From the IMG/VR virus record IMGVR_UViG_3300044633_000491, positions 1 through 64,000 of that record: a stretch of 64,000 bases of DNA. One strand, given 5' to 3'. A program made the position numbers and the translations under genes. Below the pieces are notes generated by a model. It saw only the letters and a list, made by a program, of their open reading frames with translations. It did no database searches and had not been told where the DNA came from. The stretch comes from an uncultured virus (IMG/VR IMGVR_UViG_3300044633_000491). Its lineage: Duplodnaviria; Heunggongvirae; Uroviricota; Caudoviricetes. Below are positions 24,244 through 36,300 of the stretch, piece after piece; position 1 is the first letter of the stretch; the number at the start of each line of letters is the position of its first letter.

Positions 24244-26382
24244 ATGGCAATAGATCAAAGACAGGGTAATAAAGTTGTTAAATCACAGCGTAGAGAAGAT
24301 GCGCCAGGTACTCGAGTTGACCCGTATCCGTATATTGGCATCGTTAAAAACAATTTAGATCCTACACGCTGTGGTCGCCTACAGGTGTGGATAGCTGATC
24401 TAGGCGGAAATCAAGACGACAGTAAAAATTGGCGTACTGTTAGCTATGCTAGTCCTTTTATGGGCGTAACTAACATCTCACAAAAAGATGCAGGCCGAGC
24501 ACAAAACACTGCTAATAAATTTACTAACACTCCTAATACCTACGGATTTTGGGCAGTACCACCAGATATCGGAGTTGAAGTATTGGTAATGTTTATTGCA
24601 GGCGATCCTATGCGCGGCTACTGGTTTGCCTGCGTGAATAGTAGTATTAGTAGATTTATGATACCTGCAATAGCGGGCAGTACCAACACTGATCTTAGCG
24701 GAGCAAGTGCAGACATTAAAAATTCCTACAGACCCGGAAATCCAGCGCCAGTAACTGAATTTAACGATAACGATCCTACTATCAATCAAAAAGCCGACTT
24801 TTTTAACAATCCGAAACCAATTCACGAGCCACAGTATAGAGTTATGGTCAATCAAGGATTAGACCGAGACACTGTTAGAGGACCTATCAGCAGCAGTAGT
24901 CAGCGTGAAACTCCTAGTCAAGTATTTGGTATCAGTACTCCTGGTCGTCCTTTTCCGGACCCAGGAGTTAGAGATCCTGATAATTTTCTAGCCAAGGTGG
25001 CCAAAGGACAGCTGACTGAAGCAGATTATGCCTACACCACTAGACAAGGTGGACATAGTTTCATCATGGATGACGGTAACCTCACAGGACGTGATCAACT
25101 AATACGATTACGTACAGCGCAAGGTCATCAAATTATGATGCATGATGCAGAAAACTCATTGTACATCAATCATGCAGATGGTACTAGTTGGATTGAAATG
25201 ACTAATACAGGTGCAATTAATGTTTACTCGAACAACGGAGTCAACGTTCGCACTGAAGGTAGTATTAATTTACATGCTGATCGCGATATTAATATGAACG
25301 CTGGCGGCAAAATTAATATAAAAGCAAGCAGCAGTTTTCAGATTGACGCCTCAAGTATAAATGCGCTTAGTGGTGCCGCTATAGTGGTAAGTGCAGGCGG
25401 TACTATAGGCTTAAAAGCAGGAGGGCAATTCAATGTAGATGCTGGTCCTATATCTCTAAAAGCCGGCAGTGATCTATCAATGGAAGGCAGCAGTATTAAA
25501 CAAAATAGTGGAGGTACAAAAGCAGTTACTCCGCCTAAACCTATACAGGTAAATTCGCTAACTGATACAGTAAAAGAATCTTCTACAGGACTGTGGGTAG
25601 CTGCATCTAGTTTAAGTTCTATTGTTCGAGTAGCACCGAGTCATGAGCCGTATGCTAGAGGGCAACTACCGCCATTCGCTGAACCGACTGCGTTAGGAAT
25701 AACTCCTGCAGCGGCATACAAGGACGCTGTTGATAAGACCAAAGCAGTGGCGGGCACTGCACCTACAGGAGCCACCGAATTAGATCTTCGCGCACAATCT
25801 AGTTCTGACTGTGCAATAGGTCCATTGACTGCTCAACAGATGACAGCTTATTTTGCACAAGTGGCCAAAACAACCAGCGGTGGCGCACTAGGATTCGACA
25901 AAACTAAGTTTGCTAGCGAATACGAAGTAGTTAACACTGCTAATGCTGTTGGCAAATATCAATTTAGCTATCAGGCTCTTAAGGATCTAGGATATTTAAC
26001 CAGCGATTGCTCAAGTAATGCAGAGATGTCTAATTCTAATAAATGGAAGGGAAAAAACGGAATAGATAGTTTAGATACATTTTTAAAAACGTCAGCAGGT
26101 AAAGCAGAACAAGAAACGGCCATAGGTGAACACACCCTAAGAAATTATACCAGTTTGGTACAACGTGGTGCAATAACCTCAGAATTAAAATCTGAAGAAG
26201 TTGGTGGTTTACTAGCAGTGGCACATCTATTAGGTGCAGGCGGCGCCAATCAGTGGCGTAAAGGTGCAGGTGGTGCTGATCAGTACGGAACAACAGGTGA
26301 CAAATATTTTCAAAATGGCAAATATGCAATAGCAGTGCTGGCACCAAAACTTGCAACTATAGATCAACCAAAAACAGCATAG
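24244..26382 (+). CDS. gp5: Baseplate central spike (gp5/VgrG-like) with a C-terminal lysozyme-like domain
   Basis: DPTRCGRLQVWI and PPDIGVEVLVMF OB-fold; GHSFIMDD, IRLRTAQGHQIMM and beta-helix repeats; AVGKYQF...AHLLGAGGA at the C-terminus. Confidence 0.85.
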   Translation: MAIDQRQGNKVVKSQRREDAPGTRVDPYPYIGIVKNNLDPTRCGRLQVWIADLGGNQDDSKNWRTVSYASPFMGVTNISQKDAGRAQNTANKFTNTPNTYGFWAVPPDIGVEVLVMFIAGDPMRGYWFACVNSSISRFMIPAIAGSTNTDLSGASADIKNSYRPGNPAPVTEFNDNDPTINQKADFFNNPKPIHEPQYRVMVNQGLDRDTVRGPISSSSQRETPSQVFGISTPGRPFPDPGVRDPDNFLAKVAKGQLTEADYAYTTRQGGHSFIMDDGNLTGRDQLIRLRTAQGHQIMMHDAENSLYINHADGTSWIEMTNTGAINVYSNNGVNVRTEGSINLHADRDINMNAGGKINIKASSSFQIDASSINALSGAAIVVSAGGTIGLKAGGQFNVDAGPISLKAGSDLSMEGSSIKQNSGGTKAVTPPKPIQVNSLTDTVKESSTGLWVAASSLSSIVRVAPSHEPYARGQLPPFAEPTALGITPAAAYKDAVDKTKAVAGTAPTGATELDLRAQSSSDCAIGPLTAQQMTAYFAQVAKTTSGGALGFDKTKFASEYEVVNTANAVGKYQFSYQALKDLGYLTSDCSSNAEMSNSNKWKGKNGIDSLDTFLKTSAGKAEQETAIGEHTLRNYTSLVQRGAITSELKSEEVGGLLAVAHLLGAGGANQWRKGAGGADQYGTTGDKYFQNGKYAIAVLAPKLATIDQPKTA

Positions 26383-26395
26383 GATAAATATTGTT

Positions 26396-26773
26396 ATGGC
26401 TAATTTTTATAGAGGTTTCAGTACACTAGTTCCTAATAAAAAATTCCGTCTGACAGACATGGAATTGATTAAACAGGATATCATCAATCACTTTAACATT
26501 CGCAAGGGTGAAAAGCTGATGAATCCAAATTTTGGTACTATTATCTGGAACGTGTTACACGAACCTTTCACTGAAGAATTAAAAAGCGTTATAACAGAAG
26601 ACATCAAAGCCATAGCCAAATACGATCCTCGTGTTAGTTTTGATAACATTATTGTTACAGAATACGAAAGAGGACTGCAAATAGTTTTAGATCTTAGATA
26701 TCTGCAGACTAATCAGAGCAATACCATGAGTCTACAGTTTGATAATCAAGCTAGAACACTTTTCTCTAGTTAA
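26396..26773 (+). CDS. gp25: Baseplate wedge subunit (gp25 family)
   Basis: RKGEKLMNPNFGT...YDPRV motif; GATAAATA 5 nt upstream (26383-26390). Confidence 0.92.
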   Translation: MANFYRGFSTLVPNKKFRLTDMELIKQDIINHFNIRKGEKLMNPNFGTIIWNVLHEPFTEELKSVITEDIKAIAKYDPRVSFDNIIVTEYERGLQIVLDLRYLQTNQSNTMSLQFDNQARTLFSS

Positions 26774-26824
26774 TTAAATACCTACTTTTTCCTTATAATA
26801 AATACATTATAACAGGAAATTCGT

Positions 26825-29800
26825 ATGGCTATCACCACAAGACAAACAGGGTTACTAGTTGCTGAAGATTGGACTAGACTCTATCAGACCTTCCGCAACG
26901 CAGACTTTCAAAGTTACGATTTTGAAACGTTACGTGCTAGTATGATCAACTATTTAAGATTATATTATCCTGAAGACTTCAACGACTATATTGATTCCAG
27001 CGAATTTGTAGCATTAATTGATCTAATTGCATTTTTAGGACAGAGTCTTGCATTCCGCAGTGATTTAAATGCACGTGAAAACTTCATTGATACTGCACAG
27101 CGTCGTGATAGTATATTGAAACTTGCACGTCTAATATCTTATAATCCTAAACGTAATATTGCCGCCAGTGGCTTTTTAAAAGTCGACAGTGTCAGCACCA
27201 CTGAAGCAGTATTTGACAGCAACGGTATTAATCTTGGAGGATTAGTTATTACCTGGGCAGATTCTGGTAATGACAATTGGTTAGAACAATTTACCGCAGT
27301 GATTAATTCTAGTCTAGTTTCAAATCAAATCATCGGCAAACCTAGTAACAGTCAACTAATTAACGGGATTATTAATGAAGAATATCAAATTCGCTTGGTG
27401 CCTAGTATTGTACCAACATACAGTTTTAACAGTGCAGTTGGCGGAACTGAAAATGTTTTTGAAATAGTAAGTCCTACAAGTTCCGGAGAAGGTATACTTT
27501 ATGAAGTTGCTCCTCGCCCTAATTTACCATTCAATCTACTTTACAAAAACGATAATTTAGGTAATAGCAGCATCAATACTGGTTTCTTTATGATGTTTAA
27601 GCAAGGCTCATTACGATCAGCCGATGTAGCATTTACAGAAAGTATTCCAAATCGAGTTTACAGTGTAACAATTGACAATATCAACAATAATGATATTTGG
27701 GTTTATAGATTAGATGCTGACGGTAACCCGATTGAATTGTGGGAACAAGTACCTGCGGTTAATAATACCAATGTTATCTATAATCAAAGTAATGTGCGTT
27801 CCATTTATCAAGTGGCAACTAGGGCAGGTGATCAAGTTGATTTGATATTTGGTGATGGCGCATTTAGTAATATTCCCCAAGGTAACTTCCGTATATATTA
27901 TCGTGTCAGTAACGGGCTAGACTATAAAATTACTCCTAGTGAGATGCAGGGTATTATAGTACCTATTAACTATGTAAGTAGAACCGGTAGAATTGAAACC
28001 ATTACTATCAGAGGTAGTTTACAATATACAGTGGCTAATGCTACTAGTCGTGACACCATTGAGGACATCAGACAAAAAGCGCCGCAACAATTTTATACAC
28101 AGAATCGCATGGTCACCGGTGAAGACTATAATATTTTACCTTACACCTTGTTCAATGATATTTTAAAAATTAAAGCAGTCAATCGTACCAGCTCAGGCAT
28201 CAGTCGTTATCTTGATGTCATTGACGTAACAGGCAAGTACTCTAGCACTAACATATTCTGTCAAGATGGCATGCTATATCGTGACTCAATCATTGCAACG
28301 TTTAACTTTGACTATAATACAACCAATGACATTTATAAAACCATGTATAATCAAGTAGTTCCATTGGTACAACAAAAAGAAATGCTACAGTACTATTATG
28401 CAAACTTTCCGTTGATTTCAGTGTCGAATATACTTTGGAATTACAGTTCTGCAATATCAAACGGCTGCACAGGGTATTTTTACGATCCGTTAGATAAAAT
28501 CCTACAAGTAGGCCCCACTGTAGATAGCAATTTTAAATTTATACGCCAAGGTGCTATTGTAAGATTTTCAGCTGGTCAGGGCAATTATTTTGACGCACGT
28601 AATAACATACAAACAGGTATGCCAAGCAAAGCTGGCGATAAAATTTATATCTACGCTACCATTGAGCAATTACTCAGTGACGGTACTAACGGAGGGCAAG
28701 GCAACTTAGCCAACGGAACAGGTCCGGTAATTATAAATCAAATTGTACCACAAGGTGCTATTGCTGACAGAGTGTTTAGTGTATTTAATATTGATTTTTC
28801 TGAATCACTGATCAATACCATGGTAGGATATGTGCAGGCCTACGAAGATTTTGGACTAAGGTATGATGTTAATACCAGCAGTTGGAGAATTATTTTACCA
28901 AACGACGTTAGTACCAGCGAAATTTTTGACCCAACTAATAGCGGTAATACCAGTGGCCAATCATTAGACAGCAGTTGGTTAATTAGATTCCAAACAGTAG
29001 GGCAAACTTATACTGTTTATTATCGTAATCTAAATTATATATTCGAAAGCGTATTAGAAACAGATTTCTATTTTGATGAAGCTGTTAAGATTTTTGATGC
29101 TGCAACAGGCACTACAGTATACGACCAAATTAAAATTTTAAAAACTAATAACAATCCAGATGACAGTGCGCCATTGGCGTTAGATTACATATGGTATATT
29201 TTTAAAAGTATTGTAGCATCAGACGGCTATGAGAATTCTAGTAAGATTTTAATTACATTTCCAGACACAGACAACGATGGAATACCAGATAATCCTGAAT
29301 TATTTGAACTGATAGTAGCACCAGAAATTTCAACCAGTAGCAAATATGTTTATTTTCGCAGCGAAGCAGGATACGATAATTTTATCGTACAGACACCAGT
29401 CGATAACAACACAGTGCTAAGCAATTATGCAACTTTACAAGATGCACAAATTGATGCCACTCTATATAGAAATGGGCAATTATTCTATTTGCCGTCTACT
29501 GATGAGTTTTATCAATTGTCAGTAGTTGGCTCAACCTACACTTTAAATTTAGTAACTAACTATATCGCTAAAATTGGTCGACAAGATTTGTATTTTCAGT
29601 ATCGACATAATAGTCCTAACTATCGTCGTATTGACCCAAGTCCGAATAACATTATAGACTTGTATGTATTAACTAAACAATATGCAATTGATTACACCGC
29701 TTGGATTCGGGATACAAGCAATACAGTGGCCAAACCTATACACCCGACTAACGAAGAATTGAGTTTAACCTACAATAGTTTGGAAAATTTTAAAAGTATT

Positions 29801-30262
29801 AGTGATACAATTATCTATAATCCTGCAAAATTCAAACCAATTTTTGGTGCTAAAGCTGATCCTAGTCTTCAAGCAACATTTAAAGTTATTAAAAATCCTA
29901 ATATTGTTATCAGCGACTATGATATTCAAACTTCGGTTATTGCAGCCATTGACAATTATTTTGCTGTAGATAACTGGGACTTTGGTGAAACGTTTTATTT
30001 TAGTGAACTAGCTGCATATCTGCACACTACATTAGCTCCTAATGTAGCCAGTGTGCTAATTGTGCCTGCAAGTACAAGTAGTGCATTTGGTAGTTTGATG
30101 CAGATCAATGCTGATGTAAATGAAATAGTTGTTAGTGCTGCAACTGTAGATAATGTACAGATAATTTCATCAATCACAGCCGCGCAACTTAATCAAAGAG
30201 CAGGTACCGTGATTACCGATGTTACTAATGCTGGAAGTAGCAGTGGCGGCGGGTACTATTAA
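26825..30262 (+). CDS. gp6: Baseplate wedge protein (gp6/baseplate-J family)
   Basis: DFETLR, ENFIDTAQRRDSILKLARLISYNPKR, FGDG and QNRMVTGEDY motifs. Confidence 0.9.
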   Translation: MAITTRQTGLLVAEDWTRLYQTFRNADFQSYDFETLRASMINYLRLYYPEDFNDYIDSSEFVALIDLIAFLGQSLAFRSDLNARENFIDTAQRRDSILKLARLISYNPKRNIAASGFLKVDSVSTTEAVFDSNGINLGGLVITWADSGNDNWLEQFTAVINSSLVSNQIIGKPSNSQLINGIINEEYQIRLVPSIVPTYSFNSAVGGTENVFEIVSPTSSGEGILYEVAPRPNLPFNLLYKNDNLGNSSINTGFFMMFKQGSLRSADVAFTESIPNRVYSVTIDNINNNDIWVYRLDADGNPIELWEQVPAVNNTNVIYNQSNVRSIYQVATRAGDQVDLIFGDGAFSNIPQGNFRIYYRVSNGLDYKITPSEMQGIIVPINYVSRTGRIETITIRGSLQYTVANATSRDTIEDIRQKAPQQFYTQNRMVTGEDYNILPYTLFNDILKIKAVNRTSSGISRYLDVIDVTGKYSSTNIFCQDGMLYRDSIIATFNFDYNTTNDIYKTMYNQVVPLVQQKEMLQYYYANFPLISVSNILWNYSSAISNGCTGYFYDPLDKILQVGPTVDSNFKFIRQGAIVRFSAGQGNYFDARNNIQTGMPSKAGDKIYIYATIEQLLSDGTNGGQGNLANGTGPVIINQIVPQGAIADRVFSVFNIDFSESLINTMVGYVQAYEDFGLRYDVNTSSWRIILPNDVSTSEIFDPTNSGNTSGQSLDSSWLIRFQTVGQTYTVYYRNLNYIFESVLETDFYFDEAVKIFDAATGTTVYDQIKILKTNNNPDDSAPLALDYIWYIFKSIVASDGYENSSKILITFPDTDNDGIPDNPELFELIVAPEISTSSKYVYFRSEAGYDNFIVQTPVDNNTVLSNYATLQDAQIDATLYRNGQLFYLPSTDEFYQLSVVGSTYTLNLVTNYIAKIGRQDLYFQYRHNSPNYRRIDPSPNNIIDLYVLTKQYAIDYTAWIRDTSNTVAKPIHPTNEELSLTYNSLENFKSISDTIIYNPAKFKPIFGAKADPSLQATFKVIKNPNIVISDYDIQTSVIAAIDNYFAVDNWDFGETFYFSELAAYLHTTLAPNVASVLIVPASTSSAFGSLMQINADVNEIVVSAATVDNVQIISSITAAQLNQRAGTVITDVTNAGSSSGGGYY

Positions 30263-30325
30263 TGTCAAAAATAGTTAGATTACGTTAGGTTAAATACTGT
30301 ATAACTTTAGAGAATGGTATAATAA

Positions 30326-33300
30326 ATGGCTGTTAAAAAAACTTTAGATTTTCTTCCAACGATATTCAGATCTGACACGAATAATAAATTCTTGTCAGCA
30401 ACAATGGATCAACTAGTTGAAGAACCCAATTTAACTAGACTGCACGGATATATAGGTAGAAAATTTGCTCCTACATATAAAGTAAACGATAGTTACATTT
30501 CTGAATCATCAGGGGATCGACAAAATTATCAACTTGAACCGGGTGTGGTCGTAAAAAATAAACAAGATGAAATCACATTTTTTAGCAGCTATCCTGATCT
30601 TTTAAATAAAATTAGATATTATGGTGGTAACATTGACGATCATAGTCGTTTATTTGATAGTCAATACTATAGCTTCGATCCACAAATTAGTTATGACAAG
30701 CTAGTTAATTTTAGTCAGTACTATTGGCTACCCGACGGACCCGATGCTGTGGAAGTTAATACCACGGGCATCAACTTAATTGAAACCTATATTGTTACTC
30801 GTGATGCGGCCACAAACAGCTACATTTTTAGATCGGAAGGAAAAATAGACTACAGCATTACTCTTGCACGTGGCGGTACTTATCGATTCATTGTTGATCA
30901 ACCGGGCTTTCCGTTTTGGATTCAAACAGAGTTAGGAGCCGACGGAAGAGTAACAGCAACACCTACTCTAAGTGCAAGAGATGTTCTAGGAGTCGAAAAC
31001 AACGGTATAGATTCGGGTATTGTTACTTTCCGTGTACCATTAGACACAGCGCAAGATAGATTTATTATTATGCAAACTGTGTATAATGTTGACTATGCAG
31101 TGCCTTTAGAATATACTAGTCTACAAAACAAATTTTTAAGTCAATTTTTGGCCAATTATCCGCAATATTCTGGCATTACAGGAACACTTGATGGCAAATA
31201 TCTAGTGTTTATATTACCAGAAGGGACTGTTAATCGAAGTCAGGCAGCATTTACGAATGATGCAGTTGTTGACCCAGTAACTAATGCTATAATACCTGGA
31301 TATGATGTGGGTTATGTTGTACCTTCTTCAATTCACTACGGAGTGTGGCAGGTTAAATTTGTTGATGTTCCTGGGGTAGCTGAAAAGCTAATTCGTTTGG
31401 TACATATTCAAAATGTGGCTATAAATGAAAAAGTATACATTAGATACGGTGTACTTAATGCTAACAAAGAATACTTTAAAGATTATGACGGGTTCTTCTA
31501 CGAAGTTCCTTTACTATCAAGTATATTGGATACACTATACGTACAAGATGCGGCATCTGCTGGTATGTACGAGGCAGTGAAAATTATTAACTATGTTGGT
31601 TGGAATATCGATGTTGAAAATGATATTATAGGCAAAGTAAATTACACTAGCCCCAATGGTGTGCAGTTTACCTCAGGATTAAAAATTGAATTTGGCTCTG
31701 ACGTAATTCCTGCTAGCTATCAAAACAAACAGTATTATGCAGAAAACATTGGCGATTCTATTAGATTAGTCTGGGTAGATTTATTAGTCACACCTGAACC
31801 GTATCGAGCCGAGTTAGCATTAAATTATCCCTTAGGTATAGGAGAAAACTCATCTAACGCAGAATACATAACTATTAATCGCGCTAGTAGAGACCTAAAT
31901 GCGTGGAGTCGCAATAATCGTTGGTTTCATAGGGACGTTATTGTTGCCACAGCAACTTATAATAACACTGTTCCTCTAATAGATCAACGAAATCGTGCAA
32001 AACGACCAATCATTCAATTTGAATTAGATCTACAATTAGTCAACCAAGGAAGAATTGGTAAACAAGCAGTTGATATCTTAGATCTGTTTACGTTGGATCC
32101 TTTTACTGAATTACAAGGCACAGTTGCGTTAACAGCATTTGGCACGACTTTAACCAACGGACTTCGTGTGCTGTTTGCAGGCGCAGTGGACCCTTTAGTA
32201 AAGAATAAAATTTATACTATAGAATTAGTACAATACGGATACGACACAGAGCTACGACAACCCTCAGGTGAATTTTACGTTAATTTAGTAATTGCTGAAG
32301 ATGGAGCAAGTGAAGCATATGACACTGTGGTAATTACACAGGGAAGATTCAAAGGAACACAGTGGTATTTTGACGGTATTGACTGGAAAGAAAGTCAACA
32401 AAAAACAAATCTGCAACAAGCACCGTTATTTGACGTAGCAGATATCAATGGCAAAAGTTTCACTGAATTTGAACGTACTACCTTTGCAGGTACTAAGTTA
32501 TTTGGTTATGCAGAATCGTCTGCAGCTGTACTTGACCCAGTACTACAACTACCATTAAGTTATAGAAACTTAGCTACTCAAGGAGAATTAGAGTTTAATA
32601 CATTTTTTAATACTGATACCTTTAGTTATCTACTTGATGGAGTTTCTGTAACCAACGCTGTATCTACCGGATTCGTGCAAAGAGTTATCAGTAGAGATGT
32701 ACTAAGTCCTAAGAATACCTGGAGAACGGTAGTAGAAGATACTAAACAATATCAACTGATCGGATATAATGCAGACGGAATCAACAGTGCATTTACCTTA
32801 GACGTAAGAACTGCTCCTAGCCAATCAGTGCCGTATTTAAAAGTCTTTAAAAATTATGTTTATCAAACAACAGATCGATGGATACTAATTGACAACACTG
32901 TTCGATTAGTACAAAGTTTAAATTTTACTGGTGACGGAGTTACTGCATCTTTTACAGTGGATAACACTCTCAACGGTATAATAGTTAGTATAGATGGAGT
33001 CTTGCAAACACCGAGTCTATTTGGTATTGCGGGCAATGTAGTTACTTTTGAAGTACCTCCTTCAAAAAATAGTATAATACTAATTAGAACTATACAACTT
33101 CCTACTATAAATGATAAAATTGATATTTTAATCTATAGTAAACAACCTAGCGAGTTTGGAGTCTATCAAATTCCGTTGAACTTAGAATTAAATGCAAGAA
33201 ATACCAACATCGAATCAGTAACTTTAGGTCAGATGCGCAATCATTTAGTGGCTATGTCTCAAAATAGTACTACGCTAATCGGTGACCCATTGGGTATTAG

Positions 33301-36300
33301 TAATCTTCGAGATGTTGAGATTAAACAACAAGGCGGTACTATTTTACAAAACAGTGCACCTGTTCCGCATGCGAGTCTTTTCCTACTAGATGAAAAAGCT
33401 AATTTTATCAATGCTCTTCGTCTTGCTCAACGCGAATATAGCAAATTTAAAAACAAATTTTTAGGATTAGCTACAACGTTATCGGGTATTAATCCTACTG
33501 ATCCTGTTGCTAGTGTAGACTTAATTCTAACCAGTATTAACAGTATTAAGAATACTACATTCCCGTGGTATTACAGCGATATGGTACCGTACGGCACATT
33601 AAAAAATACAATTACATACACGGTATTTAATACGTTGGATAGTGATTACGAAATTACAAATGTTTTTAATGATCAAAATCTAAGCAATCAAGCGGTATTA
33701 GTTTATCTAAATGATGTACAATTAACTAAAAATATTGATTATATATTCTTACAGGATCGTCCCGCAGTTAGATTTATTGGCGCTACCTTAGAGGGTTTAG
33801 AAGTCGATGATATTATTCAGTTAGTTGAATACACTAATACTGATGGTAACTACATTCCAGAGACTCCAACAAAATTAGGATTATGGCCAAAATATGTTCC
33901 TCAGATATTTTTAGATGATACCTATAGACAACCGATTAATGTTCTCCAAGGACACGACGGTAGTATTACTCCAACGTTTGGCGATTACCGAGATAATTTT
34001 TTATTAGAATTAGAGAAACGTATCTACAATAACATAAAAGTATTAGATACTGCTTATGAAAATGTTGTTGACGTAGTTCCTGGAAAATTTAGAGAAACTG
34101 ACTACAATCTGACAGAAATGACACAGATATTATCTCAAGGATTTTTAAATTGGGTAGGCAACAACAAAATTGATTTTAGCTCAAACGATTCATTTAGACC
34201 CAACGATGCTTTTACTTGGAACTATAATGCGTTTCCTGACAGAGTCGACGGTGAAATACTGCCAGGCAGCTGGCGTGCTTGTTATCAATATTTTTATGAT
34301 ACTTTCCGCCCTCACTTAACACCTTGGGAAATGTTAGGATTTTCTGAAAAACCCGATTGGTGGGAGGAATTCTACGGACCGGCACCATATACCGGCAGCA
34401 ACAAATTGCTATGGGACGACCTAGAAGCTGGACGTATTCGCGAAGGCAAGAGATCATTGATTGATCTAGGGCTGGGATTAGGTATAGATCCACGTTATGC
34501 TCGTCCGGGATTATCTGCATTAATACCAGTAGATGAAAACGGACAATTATTAAGCCCAGTGGCAGCAATAACTGGAGCATATAAATCTAATAGAGCAGGA
34601 GGTAGCTGGACTGTAGGTCAATATGGGCCTGTAGAGTATGCTTGGCGCACAAGTAGTGACTATCCATTTGCAATGCAAAGGGCTGCGGCCTTGGCTAAAC
34701 CAGGCAGATATTTTGGTTTATTAGCAGATGCGTTTAATTACTATTACGACGAGACGTTAGATCAATATTTAACAAGAGGTACTAATAGACATATAACTCA
34801 ATTTGACATAAATTACAACGGTAACTCTATCAACGGTCGTGTCTACAGAAGTGCAGGCTGGATAAACTGGGTAGCTGATTATTTGGTCAATCAAGGAATA
34901 AATCCTGCATCTGAAATACTTACAAAAATACAAAATTATGAAATTAAACTGTCATATAAAACTGCAGGCTTTACCGATCAAAAATATCTTCAGATATTAG
35001 CAGAACAAGTAAGTCCAAGCAGTTTTGGTGACAGTATTGCAATACCTAACGAAAATTATCAAGTTCATTTGTATAAATCGACTCCTGTTAACACGCTTCG
35101 TTATAGTGCAGTTATTGTTGAAAAAACATCCAATGGATATACTGTCAGAGGATATGATTTAAATAATCCATTCTTTGTAATAATACCTAGTCAGGCAAAT
35201 AATAATGCTACTAGAATCAATGTACTGAATAGTAGTGCTTCTATCTATAATAATTTTCAAAATCTTAGATTAACTGTGCCTTACGGTTATGAATTTACTA
35301 CACAACAACAAATAGTTGACTTTCTGATTGGATATGAAAGAAATCTAAAAGGCAGAGGATTCACATTCGAAGAATTAGACAATCAACTAGGACAGGTTAA
35401 GAGTTTTAGATTAAGCGCAGAAGAATTTTTGTTTTGGGCACAACAGGGATGGAAGGCAGGTAGTATATTAGTGTTAAGCCCGGTAATTAATACTGTTCGA
35501 GCTACAACTATAAGCGGAATTACAGATGGAATCACGGATAGTCAATACGGTAGCAAAGTATTAGATGTTAATTTCCAAATGGTTAAAAATAATAATTATG
35601 ATGTAATGCGATCAGCAACAGAATTTAAACTAACACTAACTGGTGACGGTGCAGTTGTGGGTTATTTAGAAGTTGATGTAGTACAATATGAACATGTATT
35701 AATCTTTGACAATAATACTGTGTTCAACGATGTTATTTATGAACCAGAGTCCGGTAGTCGTCAGTACAGACTTAGATTAATTGGACAAAAAACAGGTGCC
35801 TGGGATGGTAGTCTGTATGCTCCGGGATTTATATATAATTCGGGTGTAGTTGATTTATGGAATCAAGGTAAGGATTATCTCAAAGGTGATCTAGTAGAAT
35901 TTAAAAATCAATATTATGTTGCATTGGAAAATATTATTGCAGCTCCAGAATTTCAATTTGGATTGTGGCAAATTATTGCGTCTAGTGAAATTAAAAAAGG
36001 ACTTTTACCAAACTTTAGTACGCTGGCCAGTGCTGCAGAAGACTACTACGACAGTTACGGTAGTATCAAAGATAAAAACCAAATACAACAAAGTCATAGC
36101 CTAATAGGATTCAAACCAAGACAGTATTTGAGTGATCTGGGACTAAGTGAAACTAGTCAAATTGAATTTTACAAGGGATTTATCAATCAAAAAGGTAGTG
36201 CAAATGCAGTAAACCAACTGCTTAATGCAGTGTTTAACAACTTAAACAGTAACATTGAATTCTATGAAGAATGGGCAGTGCGAGTAGGTGAATACGGAGC

